Source: a virus
Lineage: Duplodnaviria; Caudoviricetes
IMG/VR virus record: IMGVR_UViG_3300037420_000864
Location: 1 to 41,774 of that record
Strand: one strand, 5' to 3'
Length of the DNA: 41,774 bases
Each line of letters opens with the position of its first letter. The first letter of the stretch is position 1. This document shows, piece after piece, positions 35,416-41,774 of the stretch. Both the position numbers and the translations under genes were made by a program. The notes beneath the pieces are model-generated. The model ran no database searches and had not been told where the DNA came from. It saw nothing but the letters and a program-made list of their open reading frames with translations.

Positions 35416-35820
35416 TCACAGCCTCGGCCCGTTGCTGCGGGTGTCGTCGTCGCAGTCCTCGCAGTAGCCATCGGCCCATGCCGGCAGCGCGCCGTCGCGG
35501 GCCTCTATGAGAATGTCGGACCACTCGCGCCCGCCAATGATCCAATTCCCGCCGGCGTTGCGCTCAGGCGTCAGGCCGGCCGCGACCAGCTGCGCCATCG
35601 CCCGGGCTTCCATGAAGTCGAACAGCGCGGCGCGGAAGTCGCCGACGTCCAGCCCCACGCGGTCCTCCAAGTCGGCCGCCCAGTCGGACAGGGCGCCGTC
35701 GCCCGACTCGCGCATGCCTTCGTCGTCGTCATCCCACGCAGCACCGGCGGCCGGATACGCCGCGCGCACGGCGTTCCACGCCGCGTCGGTGTCCGTTCCC
35801 TGTATCGCTTCCGGGTTCAT
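35416..35820 (-). CDS. Highly acidic unknown protein, cassette 2 (134 aa)
   Basis: ATG at 35820 (MNPEAIQG) after the repeated element; 29 D/E versus 10 R and no K by hand count. Confidence 0.75.
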   Translation of the reverse strand: MNPEAIQGTDTDAAWNAVRAAYPAAGAAWDDDDEGMRESGDGALSDWAADLEDRVGLDVGDFRAALFDFMEARAMAQLVAAGLTPERNAGGNWIIGGREWSDILIEARDGALPAWADGYCEDCDDDTRSNGPRL

Positions 35821-35891
35821 TTTTCCAGGCTCCACGGCCGGGACCACCCCGACCACGGCGCCACCCTACACCGTCACTAGTGACGATGCAA
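35818..35891 (-). promoter_or_regulatory. Repeated promoter/operator/5'UTR element, copy 2
   Basis: TTGCAT-17-TAGGGT; palindrome CGTCACTAGTGACG at 35872-35885. Confidence 0.85.
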
Positions 35892-35970
35892 GGGGGTGGG
35901 TTGGACCCCTGCAGGGCGCCCCGGTTGTCCGTTGCGCGCCCGGAATTTTTCCCGGAATTTTTCCCGGGCA

Positions 35971-35997
35971 AAGAAAAAGGGCGCCCGAAGGCGCCCT
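35971..35997 (-). terminator. Rho-independent terminator downstream of the tRNA fragment
   Basis: AGGGCGCC-TTCG-GGCGCCCT followed by TTTTCTT on the minus strand. Confidence 0.85.
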
Positions 35998-36013
35998 AAG
36001 TCTTTGTTTTTAG

Positions 36014-36061
36014 TGGTGGGCCGTCAAGGATTCGAACCTTGGACCTACTGATTAAGAGTCA
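36014..36061 (-). other. attP core: 3' half of tRNA-Lys(CTT)
   Basis: Minus strand TGACTCTTAATCAGTAGGTCCAAGGTTCGAATCCTTGACGGCCCACCA has the CTT anticodon loop, T-arm and CCA; 5' half absent. Confidence 0.92.
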
Positions 36062-36137
36062 CACTAACTGTGCTTTTTAATCAGTCACTTGCGCGCGATA
36101 ATTTTTCACAAACGGCGCGTTTAAGCCATTGTTTTGA

Positions 36138-36386
36138 CTAAAGCGCACCCGGTAATTTTTCCCGGGTTTTTCGCCCGAATCGGCGCTGGCTGTGCACCCT
36201 GCCATCGCCGCGCCTGATTACCACCACAACCTGTCCACCAGTCTGCGTCGCCACGCGGGCGCGCTCGGCAGCGTACGCCATCGCCTTCGCCTGCGTGTGC
36301 CACTGCCCCAGCACGATGGCGTCGCGCGTGACGCTCCAGCCACCGTCGCGATCGGGCAGCACTTCGAACCGCGTCTGCGCCGTCAT
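36138..36386 (-). CDS. DUF2188-family protein (82 aa)
   Basis: V.P..DGGW.V...TQ..A...A...V.I...DG.V.....G pattern. Confidence 0.75.
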   Translation of the reverse strand: MTAQTRFEVLPDRDGGWSVTRDAIVLGQWHTQAKAMAYAAERARVATQTGGQVVVVIRRGDGRVHSQRRFGRKTREKLPGAL

Positions 36387-36607
36387 ACCTCCAGCGTGAC
36401 CGCGAAAATGGCCGGCGCCTCGCCTCGCACTTCACCGCCGCGAATGAAGGCGAAGGCGCCGACCGCGACCGATTGGCCACGCACGCGCAGCTGCGACCCG
36501 TTGGGGAACTGCACCGTGCTGGTGCCGTCCGCGTTGTGGGCTGCCACCTCCACGACCATCAGCGGGTCGCGGGGCAGCAGGCCGTCGAATTCCAGCCATT
36601 GGTTCAT
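36383..36607 (-). CDS. Small tail-tip protein (74 aa)
   Basis: ATG at 36607 overlapping hub stop; beta-rich DGTSTVQ...RVRG...VG..AFIRGG. Confidence 0.65.
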   Translation of the reverse strand: MNQWLEFDGLLPRDPLMVVEVAAHNADGTSTVQFPNGSQLRVRGQSVAVGAFAFIRGGEVRGEAPAIFAVTLEV

Positions 36608-38259
36608 CGGTATTGCCTTTCCAGTGTCAGGTGCTGGCGGACGGACAGCGCGGTGCCGTTGCGCTGGGCGTCGATCCGCACGCCCATGACCTGCCCGCGC
36701 CATACTTCGTCGGTGTCCTCGACCTGCACCAGCGCGCCCAGCGGCACCACGCCAAGGTCGGGCTGACCGGCCGGCGCCGGCGAGGGGAACAGCGGGATGG
36801 TGCGGCCCACGCGCGCTTTGCGCCCGGCGGCGGCCAGTTCGTTGCGCCCGCGCTCGCGCTGCGCGTCGGCGTGCACCATCAGGCGGTCCACGACCATCGG
36901 CAGCTGCGCGCTGCCATCGGTGCCGGCGATCTTCACCAGGGCGCCGCTGGCGGCGTTCTCGGCGTACACGTACACGCCGTCCGCGTTCGTGCCGCCCTGC
37001 CAGCTGCTGTCGCCGTCGGTCAGGATCGACGCGGGCAGGATCGCCCACGGCGCGCCCGCCGGCCACGCCCACGGGCTGGTCGGATAGTTCGGCGACACGG
37101 TCAGGGTTTTGGCCGCCGGGGCGCTGAACACCGACGCGCCGATGGCGGTGGCCAGCTGCGCGATGGCATCCATGGGCGCCAGGTCCTGATACCCGAACGT
37201 CCCGCCGGGCACCAGGTAGTCGGGCGCGTCCCACACCAGCGTCCAGCCGCGGTCCTCCAGTTCGTCGCCGGCCAGCTGCGCGATCGTGCGCGCGGCGTTC
37301 TGCGTGAACGTGCGCGGCAGTGCGTATGGCTCGGCCAGTTCGGCCGACAGCGAACGCCCGCGCAAGGTCAGCGTGCGGCTGCCAAAGCGCCGGTTATCGT
37401 CGACGCCATCCACCAGGAACGTCCACACGTACCCGTTAATGGCGATTTCGATTTCGGGCGGCGCGCCGCTCGCCAGGTCGATCAGGTCGCGTGCGGACGC
37501 GCTCATGGGCGCGGTGAAGGTCCACGCCCAGCTGCCGACGTCGCACTGCAGCGACACGCTCAGCAGGGGCAGCGGGGTGCGCTCGGGCAGGCGCACGGCG
37601 GTCAGGGTTGGGAGCATCACGTACACCGGAAGGATGGGGACGGTTTTGGTGCCCGGCGGCGGGTTGGGTTCCACCGGCCAGTCGATTCGAACGCCACCAT
37701 GGCGGGCCGCGGCCGGGCCCCACGGGACGGCCACGTAAGCGCCGCGGGCGATGATCGACCGCCACAGGGCCGACTGCGACACCGCACGCGCCACCAGGCG
37801 CCGCCAGGGCGCCGACAGCAGCACGTCGTGCGGGGTGATCTGCCCGAAGGGCGCGGCGTGCGGCTTCGCGTGGCGGCCCTGCAGGTCGCCCCACGGGGCA
37901 TTCGGGCTGACTGCGTGCGCATCCATGGGCAGCCATGGCACGCCGGCGTCGCGTTCGTGCGGCGCGATCGGCGACCACGGCGCGTCCAGCGGATCGTTGT
38001 GCGCCGCCATCGAACCGAACGGCACCTGTCGCGCGCAGTCGTGCGGCGCGATCGCATCGAACGGGGCGACGACGTCCGCATGGTGCGCAGCGGGCTGCCC
38101 GTCCCAGCACGTCATCGTGCCGCGCGTGGCTTCGGTGGCCGGATTCCAGCGCAGGCCGGTGCCGCCGTGATTGTTCGGCACGACGACCGCCGGCACCACC
38201 TCGGCGCCGTCATAGGTCTGCGCCTTGCGGTACGGGCGGCGCTTGCGGTACGTGGTCAT
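36604..38259 (-). CDS. Baseplate hub-like tail protein with N-terminal 14-residue P(W/F) repeats (551 aa)
   Basis: ATG at 38259; SWAWTF, INGYVWTFLVD, GRSLSAELAEPY, TPW/SPW, GVYV motifs; position in tail module. Confidence 0.7.
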   Translation of the reverse strand: MTTYRKRRPYRKAQTYDGAEVVPAVVVPNNHGGTGLRWNPATEATRGTMTCWDGQPAAHHADVVAPFDAIAPHDCARQVPFGSMAAHNDPLDAPWSPIAPHERDAGVPWLPMDAHAVSPNAPWGDLQGRHAKPHAAPFGQITPHDVLLSAPWRRLVARAVSQSALWRSIIARGAYVAVPWGPAAARHGGVRIDWPVEPNPPPGTKTVPILPVYVMLPTLTAVRLPERTPLPLLSVSLQCDVGSWAWTFTAPMSASARDLIDLASGAPPEIEIAINGYVWTFLVDGVDDNRRFGSRTLTLRGRSLSAELAEPYALPRTFTQNAARTIAQLAGDELEDRGWTLVWDAPDYLVPGGTFGYQDLAPMDAIAQLATAIGASVFSAPAAKTLTVSPNYPTSPWAWPAGAPWAILPASILTDGDSSWQGGTNADGVYVYAENAASGALVKIAGTDGSAQLPMVVDRLMVHADAQRERGRNELAAAGRKARVGRTIPLFPSPAPAGQPDLGVVPLGALVQVEDTDEVWRGQVMGVRIDAQRNGTALSVRQHLTLERQYR

Positions 38260-38275
38260 GGCTGCGCGCCTCGCA

Positions 38276-38635
38276 TCACACGCCCGTGCCCCACGCCGCG
38301 TCGATACTGGCGGTATCGGTGTATTGCTTGTTCCCGTCGCCTGTATCGGTGGCGGTGACCTGCAGGATGCCCGACTGGCTGGTGCCGTTCGCACGCGCCG
38401 GGCTGCTGACGGTGGTGCTGGACGCCGTGGTGGTCGAAAGCGAAAAGCCCGTGCCGCCACTTTGCCAGGCCCACAGGTACGTCACGGGCCCGACCATTCC
38501 GCTGGGCGTTGCGGTGAACAGTTGGCTGTAGCTTTGCGACGTCGTCAGCGACTTTGTGCTGCTCGGCGGCGAAATCGACACGCTAGGCGCGACCGTGCTG
38601 CGGCGACGGTGGAAAAACGACGACGGCGCCGGCAT
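38276..38635 (-). CDS. Ig/PKD-like Ser/Thr-rich tail accessory protein (119 aa)
   Basis: TGATG overlap with fibre stop; P.G..GPVTYLW.W and LQVTATDTG Ig-like motifs. Confidence 0.65.
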   Translation of the reverse strand: MPAPSSFFHRRRSTVAPSVSISPPSSTKSLTTSQSYSQLFTATPSGMVGPVTYLWAWQSGGTGFSLSTTTASSTTVSSPARANGTSQSGILQVTATDTGDGNKQYTDTASIDAAWGTGV

Positions 38636-41600
38636 CACAGCACCATCCATTTGTCGGTCGTGGCCGTGCGGTACAGCGTGCGCGCATAACCCGGCGCCAC
38701 GGTGATGTTGGCGTCGACGCCGTCCATAAGCAGCGACACGCCGGCGGCGCGGCCCACGGTGATGTTGCCAGCAGTCGCACTGTTGACGATCGGAATGGAA
38801 TCACCACTTGTGCCAAGGCCCGCCGGAATCGTCAGCGTGACCGCGGCGGTGGTGCTGGACTTTTCCGCGGCGCGGTTCAAGTTGCTGCTGGACAACGATG
38901 CGCTGGCCGTCACAGCCAGCACCTTCGTGCTGCCGATAATGCTGCCAGTGGACGGCACGATGAAGTCACCCACCGTGCCGTCGAACTGAAACGCTTTGCT
39001 GTTGGAAACGACCTGCAGCGTGTTATTGATGATGTTTAGGCCGTACACCGTGCCGTACAGCGCGATGTGCTTGGAAAGGTCCACGCCGGTGGCGGCTTGC
39101 GAACCTAGGTCGACGCCACCACCGGTGACGGACAGGCCGTTTTGCATGGTCACCTGCCCGCTGGACAGGCTCACCGAAAGAGGCCGCAGCGAATTGAACG
39201 TGCCGTACTGGTCACCCGATGCAGTGAACAGAAGCCAATAGTTCGTGCCGTCGTTTCGCCAGAACGTGCCGTAATTGCCCTGCACGTGCCGGTACGAATT
39301 CGCCGACGTGGTCTGGACTTCGTTAGTGAATCGCTTGTTGCCGGCAATGCTCAGCTCGTCGCCGGTTTGATGCACCACCGCCGCGTCGGCCGCGGCATCG
39401 GTGATGCCATAACCTGCCAGCGTGGTGGGTTTGCTGCCGATCTGCGCGAACGTGTAATCCCCGGACTGCGGAGTGACCGCGCCCGTGCGCCCATTCCACG
39501 ACGCGATCGCGTCGGTATTGTCGACCTTGTCCCACGCGGTGCCGTTATAGATGGCCCAATCGCCCACCTTCCAATCGGTGATGCCCGACAGGTTCGTGGA
39601 GCCTGCGACGGTGACGACGTAGTACCAGCCTTTCGATGGCGTTGCGGTCGGCGCGCCGGCGCTGGCATCCCACGTTCCTTGATACGCGACCTGTCCCAGC
39701 ACGCTGGACGGCAGGTACGTCGTGCTGATCTTTCCGTCACTGGCCAGCGGCGCGACGCCGTTGGCGGCGCCGACACTCGACGCGGCCACCGCGTCGGTGA
39801 TGCCGTAGCCCGACAGCGTCGTGGGCTTGCCGCCCAGGTTGGCAAACGTGAAATTCGCGGTGGTGACATAGCTGGCCAGTGCGCCGGTAATGAACGCGGT
39901 GGTGGCGACCTTCGTGGTGTTGTCGCCGGCGGTCGGCGTCGGCGCTGTGGGTGACACCGTGAACCCGAACACACGCGTGGCGCGCGTGACCGAAAACACG
40001 CTGCCCAGCGATGCGCCCGCGTCATCGTATGCGTTCAGCACGAACTGCGTGCCGGCGTTGCTGCCGGATTCGGCCGTGCCGTCGCCGCCAAAATCCCACC
40101 GCAGCACACCGCTCGTGCGCACACCCATGCGGCGCGCAGTGGCGGCGGCGCCGTTGATGTATGACGCGTTCGCCAACACCGTCGCGGCGCTGAACGTTTT
40201 GGTGCCGCCAATCGTCTGATTGGTGGTCACGTCGACCACGGCGCTGCCGTTGCTTTGCAGGCCGCCCACGGCATTGAACACGCCGGCGCCGGTCAGGGTC
40301 GCAACGGTCGTCTGCGATCCGCCGGCCGCCGTGTGTCGCCACTCCCAGCGATCGTTCGCCAGGTGCTGCATGAAAGCAAACGCCGGTTTCGTGGCGTCGT
40401 CGACCAGCCACCCACCCGAAAAGTACGTGTTAGTGCCCCACCATCCGTTCGTATCGTGTGCGATGTGCGACTGCGCGGCACCACTCGCGCCCAGCCGGAC
40501 GCCTTCGGCATTGACCGCAACGGCCAGCATAGACGTGAACGTTTTTGCACCACCGACCGTCTGCGTGCTGGCGATGTCCACCGCGTCGGTGATGCCGAAG
40601 CCCGACAGCGTGGTGGGCTTGCCGCCGATGTTCGCCCACGTGAAATTCGCGGTGGTGACGTAGCTGGCCAGCGCGCCGGTGACGAACGCGGTGCTGGCCG
40701 CCTTCGTCGAACTGTCGCCGGCGGTCGGCGTCGGCACGATCGGCGACACGCTGAACGTTTTGGCGCCACCGATCGTCTGCGCATTCGCGGTGTCCACCGC
40801 GTCGGTGATGCCGTAGCCCGACACCGTCGTGGGCTTGCTGCCGATCTGCGCGAACGTGTAATCCCCTGCCGCGGGCACCACCGCACCGGTGCGGCCGTTC
40901 CACGACGAAATTGCGTCGGTGTTGTCGACCTTGTCCCATGCGCTGCCGTTGTAGATGGCCCAATCGCCTACCTTCCAATCGGTGATGCCGGACAGGTTCG
41001 TGCTGCCCGCGACGCTGACGACGTAGTACCAGCCTTTCGACGGCGTCGCCGTCGGCGCGGTGCCGGCGCTGGCATCCCACGTGCCCTGATACGCGACCTG
41101 CCCCAGCACCGATGTCGGCAGGTACGCGGTGGGCACCTTGCCGTCGCTGCCCAGCGGCGCGACGCCACTGGCGGCGCCGACACTCGACGCGGCCACCGCA
41201 TCGGTGATGCCGTAGCCCGACAGCGTCGTGGGCTTGCCGCTCAGGTTGGCAAACGTGAAATTCGCGGTGGTGACATAGCTGGCCAGCGCGCTGGTAATGA
41301 ACGCGGTGGTGGCGACCTTCGTGGTGTTATCACCCGCGGTCGGCGTCGGCGCGGTTGGCGAAACACCGAACGCCAGGACGCGCGTGGCACGGACCACGTC
41401 GAACACGCTGCCCAGCAGCGTGCCCGCGTCGTCATACGCACGCAGCGAAAAACCGGAGCCCGCACTAGACCCACTTTCCGCCGAACTGCCTGCGCCGATG
41501 TCCCACCGCAGAACGCCCGCAGTACGGAACCCAAAATACCGATTGGAACCCGCGCTGCCGTTGACATAGGACGCGTTCGCAAACACGGCCGCGGCGCTGA

Positions 41601-41774
41601 ACGTTTTGGTTCCGCCGATCGTCTGCGCGCTCGCCGTGTCCACCGCATCTGTGATGCCGAAGCCCGACAGCGTGGTGGGCTTGCCGCCGATGTTCGCCCA
41701 CGTGAAATTCGCGGTGGTGACGTAGCTGGCCAGCGCGCCGGTGACGAACGCGGTGCTGGCCGCCTTCGTCGAAC
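38635..41774 (-). CDS. Tail fibre protein, C-terminal part (full protein ~1380 aa with 1029..1)
   Basis: Open frame from window end to TGA at 38635; KPTTLxGYGITDA repeats, PTAPTPTAGDNTTKVATTAF motifs, FNSLRPL knob. Confidence 0.92.
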   Translation of the reverse strand, partial: STKAASTAFVTGALASYVTTANFTWANIGGKPTTLSGFGITDAVDTASAQTIGGTKTFSAAAVFANASYVNGSAGSNRYFGFRTAGVLRWDIGAGSSAESGSSAGSGFSLRAYDDAGTLLGSVFDVVRATRVLAFGVSPTAPTPTAGDNTTKVATTAFITSALASYVTTANFTFANLSGKPTTLSGYGITDAVAASSVGAASGVAPLGSDGKVPTAYLPTSVLGQVAYQGTWDASAGTAPTATPSKGWYYVVSVAGSTNLSGITDWKVGDWAIYNGSAWDKVDNTDAISSWNGRTGAVVPAAGDYTFAQIGSKPTTVSGYGITDAVDTANAQTIGGAKTFSVSPIVPTPTAGDSSTKAASTAFVTGALASYVTTANFTWANIGGKPTTLSGFGITDAVDIASTQTVGGAKTFTSMLAVAVNAEGVRLGASGAAQSHIAHDTNGWWGTNTYFSGGWLVDDATKPAFAFMQHLANDRWEWRHTAAGGSQTTVATLTGAGVFNAVGGLQSNGSAVVDVTTNQTIGGTKTFSAATVLANASYINGAAATARRMGVRTSGVLRWDFGGDGTAESGSNAGTQFVLNAYDDAGASLGSVFSVTRATRVFGFTVSPTAPTPTAGDNTTKVATTAFITGALASYVTTANFTFANLGGKPTTLSGYGITDAVAASSVGAANGVAPLASDGKISTTYLPSSVLGQVAYQGTWDASAGAPTATPSKGWYYVVTVAGSTNLSGITDWKVGDWAIYNGTAWDKVDNTDAIASWNGRTGAVTPQSGDYTFAQIGSKPTTLAGYGITDAAADAAVVHQTGDELSIAGNKRFTNEVQTTSANSYRHVQGNYGTFWRNDGTNYWLLFTASGDQYGTFNSLRPLSVSLSSGQVTMQNGLSVTGGGVDLGSQAATGVDLSKHIALYGTVYGLNIINNTLQVVSNSKAFQFDGTVGDFIVPSTGSIIGSTKVLAVTASASLSSSNLNRAAEKSSTTAAVTLTIPAGLGTSGDSIPIVNSATAGNITVGRAAGVSLLMDGVDANITVAPGYARTLYRTATTDKWMVL
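40589..40813. repeat. 225-bp perfect repeat within fibre gene (second copy 41651-41748 plus 1-127)
   Basis: Base-by-base identity read by eye; copies 1062 bp (354 codons) apart. Confidence 0.85.

Larger units (their letters stand above)
35944..36165. repeat. attP arm-type repeats AATTTTTCCCGG and IHF-like sites
   Basis: Exact 12-mers at 35944, 35956 and 36154; IHF-like WATCAR-N4-TTR at 36079-36091 (match), 35997-36009 and 36122-36134 (1 mismatch each). Confidence 0.75.
1..41774. mobile_element. Temperate lambdoid siphovirus genome, circular/excised form (~41,748 bp)
   Basis: Full set of packaging, head, tail, lysis, replication, immunity and integration genes; intact attP flanked by phage DNA on both sides; 26-nt terminal overlap; no host genes seen. 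Confidence 0.93.

Noticed and set aside
32711-35891. Repeated element read as IS ends or att sites
   Set aside because: Direct orientation, no transposase, and each copy ends exactly at an ATG with promoter geometry; attP is separately identified
36014-36061. Functional phage tRNA gene
   Set aside because: The 5' acceptor strand and D-arm are missing; it is an att core
38256-38474. 72-aa alternate-frame ORF between fibre and hub genes
   Set aside because: The overlapping 119-aa Ig-like ORF has better coupling to the fibre stop and recognisable motifs
38635-41774. Possible diversity-generating retroelement or shufflon in the fibre repeats
   Set aside because: No reverse transcriptase or invertase found; repeats are in-frame coding modules without adenine-specific differences or inverted crossover sites

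Overview
The window is a complete or near-complete temperate siphovirus genome in circularly permuted form. Its last 26 nt (41749-41774) repeat its first 26 nt, and the tail-fibre ORF reads in frame across the join, giving a circle of about 41,748 bp. High GC and the protein families suggest a Xanthomonadales-like host (inference). The minus strand carries Cro, a CII-like protein, TraR/DksA, a CHC2/TOPRIM primase, a VapE-type helicase, an iteron-type ori and a lambda-like cos region. It continues with terminases, a Mor/C activator, two accessory genes, gpW, portal, a protease-capsid fusion, DUF2190, a lysis cassette inside the morphogenesis operon, and tail genes including a highly modular ~1380-aa fibre. 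The plus strand carries CI, an early-left operon with a C5 DNA methyltransferase, an xis-like gene and a tyrosine integrase. An intact attP matches the 3' half of tRNA-Lys(CTT). The top lead is two antisense cassettes driven by a duplicated ~72-bp promoter/operator/5'UTR element with a perfect CGTCACTAGTGACG palindrome. They encode unknown, partly very acidic proteins and a small putative DNA-binding regulator, resembling an acr-aca-like anti-defence regulon. Other leads are a CI that appears autocleavage-dead, a nested +1-frame EcoHK31I-beta-like ORF inside the methyltransferase, two unrelated small proteins sharing a basic C-terminal tag, and tandem parS-like sites in terL. All functional calls come from motif recognition by eye; no database searches were run.
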